A stretch of 64,000 nt of DNA. It comes from Pseudomonadota bacterium. GTDB taxonomy: Bacteria > Pseudomonadota > Gammaproteobacteria > Ga0077536. The DNA lies in NCBI GenBank assembly GCA_036130055.1, contig JAYYOR010000027.1, positions 121,532 through 185,531 of the forward strand, given 5' to 3'. Every line of letters begins with the position of its first letter. The first letter of the stretch is position 1. Position numbers and translations under genes: made by a program. The notes under the pieces are model-generated. The model ran no database searches. It was not told where the DNA came from and saw only the letters and a program-made list of their open reading frames with translations. This document shows, piece after piece, positions 22,971 to 31,909 of the stretch.

Positions 22971-23154
22971 AATATTAAATATTAATTTTCACAAAAAATT
23001 AATAATATCTGGCTTTAACCGAAAAAAAACAAAACCTTAAAATTAGTCTAATTAATGCAAATGTGCTATTTATTTACGTTCTATTCTAGTTAAGAAATAA
23101 TTTCACATAAAAATTTTAATAAGTAAAATAAAAGACGAAAAAAAATTTGGATTC

Positions 23155-24015
23155 ATGATTATGTCAAAAAAATTCACAGGAAGCGAAAAATATATCGCCA
23201 CGAAAGATTTAATGATCGCGGTGAATGCCGCAGTGACTTTAGAGAAGCCTCTTCTTATCAAAGGAGAACCGGGTACCGGCAAGACGATGCTTGCGGAAGA
23301 GATGTCCAAAGCTCTTAATAAACCGTTAATTCAATGGCATATAAAATCGACCACAAAGGCAGCTCAAGGACTCTATGAGTATGATGCCGTTGCCCGACTC
23401 AGAGATTCGCAATTAGGGGATGATAAAGTAAATAAAATATCAAACTACATTGTAAAGGGAAAACTTTGGGAAACCTTCATATCAGAAGAACAACCGATTT
23501 TATTAATCGATGAAATAGACAAAGCAGATGTTGAGTTTCCAAACGACTTGTTGAGAGAATTGGATAGAATGGAATTTTTTGTTTACGAGACAAAAGAAAC
23601 TGTTAAAGCAAGTAACAAACCGATTATAGTTATTACAAGCAATAACGAGAAAGAACTTCCAGATGCCTTTCTTCGTCGGTGCTTCTTCCACTACATCTCT
23701 TTTCCAGACAAAGAAACTATGTCTGATATAGTCAACGTGCATTTTCCAAAAATCAAAAAGAAATTAATCAACGAAGCTCTTGAATGTTTTTTTGAACTTC
23801 GAGAAATTCCTGGGCTAAAGAAAAAACCAACGACTTCAGAGCTCCTTGACTGGATTAAATTATTAATAGCAGAAGATGTCCCGCCTGAAGCACTGAGAGA
23901 GAAAGATAGTAAAAAAGCAATCCCGAAACTTTATGGCGCACTTTTAAAAAATGAACAAGATATGCATCTGTTTGAGAGATTAGTTTTCCTATCGAGAAGA
24001 AACAGTGCTAGCTAA
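23155..24015 (+). CDS. MoxR-like AAA+ ATPase (CoxD family)
   Basis: 286 aa with Walker A GEPGTGKT and Walker B LLIDEID. It overlaps the downstream VWA gene. Confidence 0.75.
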   Translation: MIMSKKFTGSEKYIATKDLMIAVNAAVTLEKPLLIKGEPGTGKTMLAEEMSKALNKPLIQWHIKSTTKAAQGLYEYDAVARLRDSQLGDDKVNKISNYIVKGKLWETFISEEQPILLIDEIDKADVEFPNDLLRELDRMEFFVYETKETVKASNKPIIVITSNNEKELPDAFLRRCFFHYISFPDKETMSDIVNVHFPKIKKKLINEALECFFELREIPGLKKKPTTSELLDWIKLLIAEDVPPEALREKDSKKAIPKLYGALLKNEQDMHLFERLVFLSRRNSAS

Positions 24016-25183
24016 GTTCTTTGATAATTTAAGAAAAACCAATATTCCAGTATCCATTACCGAATATCTAACACTTTTAAGTGCTCTTGAAAAAAATATC
24101 GTGGATATAGATCTTGATAGTTTTTACTATTTAGCAAGAAGTTGTTTGGTGAAAGATGAGAAACACTTTGATAGTTATGACATTGTTTTTTCTAATTATG
24201 TTGAGGGAAATGAACTTGAGCTCGAGAAAATACTGGAGTCGATTCCTCTCGAATGGTTAAAAAATCCTGATAAGCTCGCTCTTAGTAACGAAGAGAAGGA
24301 ATTAGTTGAATCATTAGGTGGTCTAGATAAACTTTTAGATGAATTTAAGAAAAGGCTTCAAGAACAAACGAAGAAGCATCAAGGTGGAAATAAATGGATT
24401 GGTACCGCAGGCCGCTCTCCTTTTGGTAACAAAGGTTATAACCCGGAGGGAATTAAAATTGGAGATTTTCAAAGTGGAGAGAAAACGGCTTTAAAAGTAT
24501 GGGACCAAAGAGTTTACAAAAATCTTGATAATAACGTAGAGCTGGGCACAAGGAATATCAAAGTCGCCCTACGTCAATTAAGAAAACTAGCGAGAGAGGG
24601 TGCTAAGGACAAATTGAACCTGGATAGCACAATCACGGCTACGGCTAAAAATGGGGGATTTTTGGATTTGCAACTCGAAGCAGAAAAGACAAATTCAGTT
24701 AAGGTTTTATTATTTTTAGATATTGGGGGATCGATGGACCCCTACGTTCGTATGACGGAACAACTATTTTCTGCGGCTAAAAGCGAATTCAAATATCTTG
24801 AACACTTCTATTTCCATAATTTTATTTATGAATCTTTATGGAAAGACAACTCTATGCGAATGAATTCTAGAATACCAACTACGGAAGTCATAAATACTTA
24901 TAATTCTAACTATAAAGTTTTCTTTGTTGGTGATGCGACCATGAGCCCATATGAAATAGGATCGGTCGGTGGAAGCGTCGAACATTGGAATGAAGAAGCA
25001 GGACTGACTTGGATTAGCCGAGTTCTAAATACATTTCCTAAAGCGGTTTGGTTAAATCCACAACCCAAGCAATTCTGGAATAGCATTCAATCCATTTCCA
25101 TAATCAAAGAAATATTTGCTGAACGAATGTTTCCGTTAACAACTGACGGTATTTCGAATGCTGTAAATTTATTGCGAAAATAA
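24005..25183 (+). CDS. VWA-domain protein, CoxE-like
   Basis: 392 aa. The N-terminus 'FFDNLRKTNIPVSITEYLTLLSAL' is like CoxE-family VWA proteins. It pairs with the MoxR ATPase. Confidence 0.7.
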   Translation: MLAKFFDNLRKTNIPVSITEYLTLLSALEKNIVDIDLDSFYYLARSCLVKDEKHFDSYDIVFSNYVEGNELELEKILESIPLEWLKNPDKLALSNEEKELVESLGGLDKLLDEFKKRLQEQTKKHQGGNKWIGTAGRSPFGNKGYNPEGIKIGDFQSGEKTALKVWDQRVYKNLDNNVELGTRNIKVALRQLRKLAREGAKDKLNLDSTITATAKNGGFLDLQLEAEKTNSVKVLLFLDIGGSMDPYVRMTEQLFSAAKSEFKYLEHFYFHNFIYESLWKDNSMRMNSRIPTTEVINTYNSNYKVFFVGDATMSPYEIGSVGGSVEHWNEEAGLTWISRVLNTFPKAVWLNPQPKQFWNSIQSISIIKEIFAERMFPLTTDGISNAVNLLRK

Positions 25184-25186
25184 ATT

Positions 25187-25360
25187 ATGCGAAAAAAAAT
25201 TCTCCCGTTTATTTTCCTTTTTTTAGGTATCCCATGGTTTTGGTCAGATAATTATTTAACAATAATAATGGGATTACCTCTTTGGGTTATAAACGCTATT
25301 GCAATGTCATTTTTTGCGTCTATTACTATTGCAATATTGTTAAGTGAAACTGACGAATGA
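25187..25360 (+). CDS. Small membrane protein (DUF3311-like), putative accessory subunit of the downstream symporter
   Basis: 57-aa ORF missing from the ORF track: MRKKILPFIFLFLGIPWFWSDNYLTIIMGLPLWVINAIAMSFFASITIAILLSETDE. It has two hydrophobic helices, and its TGA overlaps the symporter ATG (ATGA). The pattern is typical of DUF3311 partners of SSS transporters. Confidence 0.45.
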   Translation: MRKKILPFIFLFLGIPWFWSDNYLTIIMGLPLWVINAIAMSFFASITIAILLSETDE

Positions 25361-26862
25361 GTAATCTTCCTTCACTTGGAATTGGCGGCTCACTATTCGT
25401 TCTTTTCTATCTTGCATCACTTATAATACTCGGAGCAGTAGCAAAAAAATCACTCAAAGAGAGCACCCTTTCTGATTTTTATCTGGCTGGAAAAGGGTTT
25501 GGCTTTGGTGTTCTGTTTTTGACATTGTTTGCCACTCAATACAGCGGTAATACTTTCTTTGGTTTTACGGGAGCAACATATCGTAACGGATTTAGTTGGA
25601 TTCTCTGTCTTCACTTTATGACGGCAATCATAGCCGTCTACCTTCTGTTTTCTTTAAAGCTATATAGATTGTCAAAAAATCAAAAATTTCTCACGCCGTG
25701 CGATTTTATCCAATACAGATACAACAATAAACTACTCACTGTACTAGTCTGTTTGATAATGATCATTGTTCTTTGTAATTTTGTAGTAGCACAACTTATA
25801 GCGATGGGAAGAGCAGTCGAGGGATTATCTCCTATAGAGGAAAAAGGAACATTTGAAATTGGAGTGCTGATCTTAGCCCTAATTATGGTTATCTATGGTT
25901 CGTTAGGGGGAATGAGAGCAGTTGCATGGACGGATGTCATACAAGGAATAATCTTATTTTTTGGATTCACTTGTTTACTGATTCTTATGTTTAATAAATT
26001 TGGCAGTTTAGAAAAAGCGACAAATATTTTAGTACTTCGAGACCTGGAAACAGGATCAAACTTCACAAAGGTCCCTGAAATCAATATCCTAGTTTCGTGG
26101 GTATCTTACATCATATGTGTAGGTTTTGGAGTATGTCTTTACCCTCAAGCAATCCAAAGAATTTTTGCTTCAAAAAATGAAAAAACTTTAAAAAAAAGTT
26201 TATCTGTTATGGCGTTTATGCCAATACCGACAATGCTTGTAGCAGTAACGGCTGGTATCTTTGCTTTAGCTTATTTTCCAGGATTAGAAGGACCTCAGTC
26301 AGACAAAGCCTTCGGCTTGGTTCTTAAAGAATTGTCGGATGGCTCGGGCGTCGGATATGTTATGGTTATAATTACTCTTGCAGCCGTACTAGCTGCGATG
26401 ATGTCAACGTCTGATTCAGCGCTTTTATCTATTTCTTCTATGCTAACCAAAGATATTCTTCATCGTTTTTTCAAACCCCGAGCAAATGAAGAGACATTAC
26501 TTAAAATCTCAAAAAGAATTTCATGGAGCACAATATTAATTCTAGTGCTGCTATGCTTTTTTTTAAAAGACAATACATCATTAGTACAGTTGCTAGATAG
26601 AAAAATCGACCTTCTAGTTCAGCTTGTACCAGCTTTTATTATTGGTTTGCATTTCAAAAAAATAAAGGGAACAGCCGTTCTACTCGGCGTAATCATTGGG
26701 TTGTTTGTCTCTTTAGTTATACCATTTGGTGGATTTAGCTTTGTCGAAAATGGTAAAGTATATGGATTGCATGCTGGGCTAATCGGTCTAATACCAAACA
26801 TCACGATAACACTGTTAGGCTCCTTTATCCCTCCAACCAAAGTAACTAGGAACCTTGATTAA
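25357..26862 (+). CDS. Sodium:solute symporter family (SSS) transporter
   Basis: 501-aa polytopic membrane protein with SSS-family features. Substrate is unknown. Confidence 0.8.
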   Translation: MSNLPSLGIGGSLFVLFYLASLIILGAVAKKSLKESTLSDFYLAGKGFGFGVLFLTLFATQYSGNTFFGFTGATYRNGFSWILCLHFMTAIIAVYLLFSLKLYRLSKNQKFLTPCDFIQYRYNNKLLTVLVCLIMIIVLCNFVVAQLIAMGRAVEGLSPIEEKGTFEIGVLILALIMVIYGSLGGMRAVAWTDVIQGIILFFGFTCLLILMFNKFGSLEKATNILVLRDLETGSNFTKVPEINILVSWVSYIICVGFGVCLYPQAIQRIFASKNEKTLKKSLSVMAFMPIPTMLVAVTAGIFALAYFPGLEGPQSDKAFGLVLKELSDGSGVGYVMVIITLAAVLAAMMSTSDSALLSISSMLTKDILHRFFKPRANEETLLKISKRISWSTILILVLLCFFLKDNTSLVQLLDRKIDLLVQLVPAFIIGLHFKKIKGTAVLLGVIIGLFVSLVIPFGGFSFVENGKVYGLHAGLIGLIPNITITLLGSFIPPTKVTRNLD

Positions 26863-28316
26863 TGACAGAAATTATTTCTCTGGAACCGGCAGTCAAGAAA
26901 ATAATCGCTGATACCGAAACACCTCTCAGCGTTTACCTTAAACTAGCCAACAAAAAAAATACTTTTCTACTTGAATCAGTCGAAGGCGGAGAAAAATGGG
27001 GCAGATACTCCATTATCGGCCTCCCTTCAAAGAAAATTATAGTCGTCAAAGGGTCGTCGTTTAAAATAATGGAAAATGGTTTAACGATTAAATCAGTTAA
27101 TACAGATGATCCATTGAAATTAGTCGAGGAATATAAAAAGTACTTTATAGCATGTAATACAGAGAAACTACCCAGGTTTTGCGGAGGCCTCGTCGGATAT
27201 TTCAGCTTCGACACGATACGATACACAGAAAAAAAATTAAATTACAAAAATAATAAGTCTAACCTTGACACACCGGACATCTTGTTATTATTTGTTGATA
27301 ATTTTGTAGTCTTCGATAATTTAAAAAATGAACTCACTATCGTCAAATATTTTAAGCAAAATGATATTGAAGCCCGAACAGAAAGTGAGAAATTAGTCGA
27401 GGAAATAAGTTTAACTTTAAAAAACAAAGCGAATATAACTCCAAACTACGACAAGATTTCCCAAAAACACTTAAATGTAAATTCAGAATTCAAAAAAGAA
27501 AAATTTCTGGAAGCGGTAAATCAAGTTAAAAGCTATATAAATGAAGGTGACGCGATGCAGGTTGTATTATCTCAACGGTTCTGGACTGAATTTGATAACG
27601 AGCCAATAAGCCTGTATCGAGCACTCAGACATTTAAACCCCTCTCCATACTTATTTTATTTCAATTTCGGTGATTTCCACGTTGTAGGTTCTTCTCCGGA
27701 AATCCTTGTCCGGTTTGAGGACGGTAAAGTTACGACTAGGCCTTTAGCAGGAACTAGGCCAAGAGGAAAAGATGAAGCTCAAGACAAAGCTTTGGAAATT
27801 GAACTTTTAAATGACCCCAAAGAGCTTGCTGAGCATTTAATGCTAATTGATTTAGGTCGGAATGATATCGGAAAAATCTGCGTAACAGGGTCTGTTAGGG
27901 TAACCGAAAAAATGATTATAGAACGCTTCTCCCATGTGATGCATATCTCCTCGAACGTAGAAGGGGTTTTAAAAGAGGATCAAAACGTATTTGATATACT
28001 TCGTGCCACTCTTCCTGTAGGTACTCTTTCTGGAGCACCAAAAATCCGTGCAATAGAGATAATTGACGAGTTAGAACCCTCAACAAGAGGAATTTATGGA
28101 GGCGCTGTCGGTTACATCACTTGGACAGGAGAGATGGACACTGCAATAGCGATAAGAACGGGAATCATAAAGAACAAAAAACTGTATGTGCAGGCTGGAT
28201 GCGGAATAGTTGCGGACTCAAAAGCTGAGTCTGAATGGGAGGAAACAGTAAATAAAGGAAAGGCGGTTTTTCACGCTGCCAAACTGGCAATGAATTGTCT
28301 AAAACTGAATGCTTAA
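26862..28316 (+). CDS. trpE: Anthranilate synthase component I (chorismate-binding enzyme)
   Basis: 484 aa with an N-terminal 'LLES...RYS' Trp-feedback motif, plus 'NPSPYLFYF', 'PLAGTRPRG' and 'TLSGAPK'. These favour TrpE over PabB. Confidence 0.7.
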   Translation: MTEIISLEPAVKKIIADTETPLSVYLKLANKKNTFLLESVEGGEKWGRYSIIGLPSKKIIVVKGSSFKIMENGLTIKSVNTDDPLKLVEEYKKYFIACNTEKLPRFCGGLVGYFSFDTIRYTEKKLNYKNNKSNLDTPDILLLFVDNFVVFDNLKNELTIVKYFKQNDIEARTESEKLVEEISLTLKNKANITPNYDKISQKHLNVNSEFKKEKFLEAVNQVKSYINEGDAMQVVLSQRFWTEFDNEPISLYRALRHLNPSPYLFYFNFGDFHVVGSSPEILVRFEDGKVTTRPLAGTRPRGKDEAQDKALEIELLNDPKELAEHLMLIDLGRNDIGKICVTGSVRVTEKMIIERFSHVMHISSNVEGVLKEDQNVFDILRATLPVGTLSGAPKIRAIEIIDELEPSTRGIYGGAVGYITWTGEMDTAIAIRTGIIKNKKLYVQAGCGIVADSKAESEWEETVNKGKAVFHAAKLAMNCLKLNA

Positions 28317-29904
28317 AAAAATGAGCATTCTATTTGAGCAAAGAGTAAAATTTATTACAGCCGGTGAAAATAGTAGCCTTCTAAAAAATGGGCTTAAGGG
28401 ACTCGAAAAAGAAAGTTTAAGAGTTACGCGTTCTGGTTCGGTATCTCAAAATATGCACCCAGCCGAATGGGGAGCAGCTTTAACAAACCCCCATATAACC
28501 ACCGATTATTCTGAAGCTTTGCCGGAATTCATCACCCCACCTTTTGAAAGTACAAATGAGACATATGAATTTCTAACGGATATCCATAGTTTTGCAATCG
28601 CTACTCTTCCAGAAAACGAAATAATCTGGAACAACAGTATGCCGTGCGACATCAACGATGAAAAAGAGATACCTATAGCAAGATATGGCAAATCAAATCA
28701 GGGTAGAATGCGTCACATTTATAGAGTTGGGTTAGATTATAGATATGGAAGAAGAATGCAGGCAATAGCTGGAACACACTTCAACTACTCGTTACCAGAA
28801 CAATTTTGGGAACATGGCAATGAAATGTTTATGATGACCTCAGAGAATTCTACGAAATTAAAAAGAAACCCGGTTTATTTAGGTTTGGCGAGGAATTACC
28901 TCCGCTATGGATGGTTAGTTCTTTTGCTATTTGGGTGCTCTCCTGCCTGCTGCAAATCCTACCTTCCTCAACGAAATAGTAGATTCAAACCTCTCAGGAA
29001 CAGTTCCTTAGTTGCTCCTTATGGCACTAGTCTGAGAATGAGTGATGTTGGATACAAAAATAAAAACCAAGCCCATTTAAAAATCAAACTAAATAATATT
29101 GAAGGTTATATCGGAGCACTTAATAAAGCAATGAGAACGCCCTACCCAGAGTATGAGGCAATCGGGATATATGAGGAAAGCAAACAAATTCAACTAAGCG
29201 CAAATTTATTGCAAATCGAAAACGAATACTATTCTTCCATTCGACCTAAAGGGAATGCCCTTGAAGGTCAGAGACCTTCTATTGCTCTTCGAAACAAAGG
29301 GATCCAATATATCGAAATGAGAAGTCTCGATGTTAATCCAATGAATCCTTTTGGCGTTGAGAAAGATTGTCTTTTATTTTGTGAGATTTTTTTGATTTAC
29401 TGCCTACTCGAAGAAAGTCCTCTCATTTCCGATAGTGAACATGAAATTTTAGAATATAACGAGTTATCGGTAGCACTTCGAGGTCGTCAACCCAATTTGA
29501 AGCTTATAACGGACACAGAAGGCAACAAAAGCAAAATAATAGATTGGTCTAATATGCTATTAGTTAGAATGCTTCCCATTGCTGAAGCTCTTGACCGAGG
29601 ATATAAAACAACAAAATACAGCGAAACACTAAAAAGCCAACTCAAACTTTTGAAGGAGCCTGACTTATTGCCTTCAGCAAAGTTTCACCAGCTGCTTGTT
29701 GACTCTAGGCAAGAATTTCAAAATTTTAATCTTGAGCTTTCTATTAAAAATACAGACGAGATACGGAAAAAGAAGCTTACTAAAGAGCAAAGTAGCTACT
29801 TCCAATCCGTAAATCACGCCTCTTGGGAAAAACAAAAAAAACTAGAAATGGAAACCATTAATCATAAATTAAGCGACTATATCAAAAATTATCTCTCAGA
29901 TTAG
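28309..29904 (+). CDS. gshA: Glutamate--cysteine ligase (E. coli type)
   Basis: 531 aa. 'LRVTRSGSVSQNMHPAEWGAALTNPHITTDYSEALPEFITPP' matches E. coli GshA closely. Confidence 0.85.
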   Translation: MLKKMSILFEQRVKFITAGENSSLLKNGLKGLEKESLRVTRSGSVSQNMHPAEWGAALTNPHITTDYSEALPEFITPPFESTNETYEFLTDIHSFAIATLPENEIIWNNSMPCDINDEKEIPIARYGKSNQGRMRHIYRVGLDYRYGRRMQAIAGTHFNYSLPEQFWEHGNEMFMMTSENSTKLKRNPVYLGLARNYLRYGWLVLLLFGCSPACCKSYLPQRNSRFKPLRNSSLVAPYGTSLRMSDVGYKNKNQAHLKIKLNNIEGYIGALNKAMRTPYPEYEAIGIYEESKQIQLSANLLQIENEYYSSIRPKGNALEGQRPSIALRNKGIQYIEMRSLDVNPMNPFGVEKDCLLFCEIFLIYCLLEESPLISDSEHEILEYNELSVALRGRQPNLKLITDTEGNKSKIIDWSNMLLVRMLPIAEALDRGYKTTKYSETLKSQLKLLKEPDLLPSAKFHQLLVDSRQEFQNFNLELSIKNTDEIRKKKLTKEQSSYFQSVNHASWEKQKKLEMETINHKLSDYIKNYLSD

Positions 29905-29908
29905 CAAT

Positions 29909-30430
29909 ATGACGAAAGCGAACCACAGAACTAAATTTATTATAAAATTTTTGCCCTTATTTGTGGTGGCTTTTATTCTTTTTTTTTGTCAACGCCAGGG
30001 TCTGTCAATCGAGAAACAAGATAGCAAAGAATTGCAAAATAATTTTCAGACTATACTGCAAACCGACATAAATAGGCCTCTCAGTCAAGAAGCAAAAAAA
30101 ATTTTAGAGCAGAATGGAACTGAACCCCCCTTTTCAAGTCCACTTCTGTACGAGAAGAGAAAAGGAACATATCACTGTGCCAAATGCGGCAATTTATTAT
30201 TCACCTCTGAAATGAAGTATGAAAGCGGAACTGGATGGCCATCTTTTTACGACCATGTAACAGGTAGTCTTGAGAAAAAGTTAGACTTCAGTCTTATTAT
30301 TCCGCGGACTGAATACCATTGCTCTCGCTGCGGAGGCCATCAAGGACATGTTTTTAAAGATGGTCCGGCACCCACTTTCCTACGTTGGTGCAATAATGGC
30401 TTAGCTTTAAATTTTAGACCAAGAAAATAA
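29909..30430 (+). CDS. msrB: Peptide-methionine (R)-S-oxide reductase
   Basis: 173 aa with the MsrB zinc and catalytic motifs CAKCG...GWPSF...HCSRCGGHQGHVF, and an N-terminal hydrophobic segment. Confidence 0.85.
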   Translation: MTKANHRTKFIIKFLPLFVVAFILFFCQRQGLSIEKQDSKELQNNFQTILQTDINRPLSQEAKKILEQNGTEPPFSSPLLYEKRKGTYHCAKCGNLLFTSEMKYESGTGWPSFYDHVTGSLEKKLDFSLIIPRTEYHCSRCGGHQGHVFKDGPAPTFLRWCNNGLALNFRPRK

Positions 30431-30506
30431 TACGCTAAAGCACTTGCATCAGCTCGTCCTACGATGTATATGTAACCTCTCGGAGCACTGAAGGAGTTCT
30501 AAACCG

Positions 30507-31844
30507 ATGGCGATTTTCAAAAACACAAAATATGCAATTATTGGAGCGGGTATTCACGGATTAAGCACCGCTTATCATCTAGCAGTTGAACTGAAAAAAA
30601 ACGGTAAAGGAAGCGGCGAAGACATTCTTGTAATAGACAAGGGAGGAATAGGAGCAGGGGCCTCAGGGATAGCCTGCGGCGTTGTAAGAAACAACTACTA
30701 TCAGCCTGCTATGAGAGAGCTTATGGCACAGTGCGTTGAAGTATGGGAGAGTGATCCCGAAGCCTTTAGTTATCACCCGGTCGGCTATATGCAAATATCA
30801 CCCGTGTGTATGAGAGAAGATGTGAACTCTATATTCGAACAACAAAGAGCGATAGGTTATGAATCAGAATTTATCGAAGGAACAGGTGATTCATCTGAGT
30901 ATATGAAATCAATTTTCTCAGATTGGCGAGCACAAGGCATAACATCTGTTCTTCATGAAAAACGGGGAGGATACGCAAATAACAGTAAATCTGTCTACGG
31001 TTTAGCAAAAAAAGCGGAAAATGAAGGTGTAAAAATTCTAACCGGAGTGACAGTAACAGGATTCCAATTCGACAACCAGTCAGACGCAGTCAAAGCCCTT
31101 GAGACAGATAAAGGTCTAATTAACTGCGAATATTTGATAGTTGGAGCCGGGCCTTGGATAAAATCAATCTGGGAATACTTGGAGCTTCCTAAAACGGTAA
31201 AGTTCACTGGCAAAGACGGAAAACAAAAAGAGGTCCCTATGTGGATTTACTGGTCGTTGCAAGAGGGAACTTTAGGCGTGGATCCAAATATGTTGAAAAC
31301 GGATTCCGGAGACAAACCGCCCGTCATCCACGTTGACTCTGATGCCCCTCTTGTCGGTGAAGAAGGTGAGACGATCACGGAAAAACTTTGGGGTATTTAC
31401 TACAAACCTGACTTTCACTTCAATGGAATTCAAGGAGGGTCTGCTCCATTTATAGTTCAATCTGAACCTGATTCAGTAAATGTAGATCCATACGGACCGG
31501 CGTCCCCAGACTTTGTAGTAGGCCCCGATTTCGCTTACTCTTGGTGCAGTGCTCTATCTCACTGTCAAAAAAGGTTTGAAGGAATGTCAGGTTTATTTAA
31601 AAAAGAACCCTCTGGTGGAATTGGTGCTTTCAGCCCGGATAGTTTCCCCATATTTGATGAATTTAGGCAGAACTGTTACATAATTGCAGATTCAAACCAT
31701 GGCTACAAAATGCTCGGAGTGGGTAAGCTTGTAGCGGAAAAACTCATGGGTGAGCCTTCTTCTCTTCTGCAGCCTTTTAGATTTTCTCGATATGAGGAAA
31801 AAGAATCCCATCCCACTTCTAATAGCCCTTTTCCATGGAGCTAA
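30507..31844 (+). CDS. FAD-dependent oxidoreductase (DAO/sarcosine-oxidase-beta-like superfamily)
   Basis: 445 aa with an N-terminal Rossmann 'YAIIGAGIHGLSTAYHLA' and an AAGGAG RBS 7 nt upstream. It is a paralogue of the soxB/mgdA-like gene at 36992 and sits directly upstream of the gmaS-like gene. Confidence 0.6.
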   Translation: MAIFKNTKYAIIGAGIHGLSTAYHLAVELKKNGKGSGEDILVIDKGGIGAGASGIACGVVRNNYYQPAMRELMAQCVEVWESDPEAFSYHPVGYMQISPVCMREDVNSIFEQQRAIGYESEFIEGTGDSSEYMKSIFSDWRAQGITSVLHEKRGGYANNSKSVYGLAKKAENEGVKILTGVTVTGFQFDNQSDAVKALETDKGLINCEYLIVGAGPWIKSIWEYLELPKTVKFTGKDGKQKEVPMWIYWSLQEGTLGVDPNMLKTDSGDKPPVIHVDSDAPLVGEEGETITEKLWGIYYKPDFHFNGIQGGSAPFIVQSEPDSVNVDPYGPASPDFVVGPDFAYSWCSALSHCQKRFEGMSGLFKKEPSGGIGAFSPDSFPIFDEFRQNCYIIADSNHGYKMLGVGKLVAEKLMGEPSSLLQPFRFSRYEEKESHPTSNSPFPWS

Positions 31845-31909
31845 AAGCGAAATAGTTAAGATTCTAGTGGGAAACATGGTAAACCTAAAATAAAGAAGGG
31901 GAATATAGA

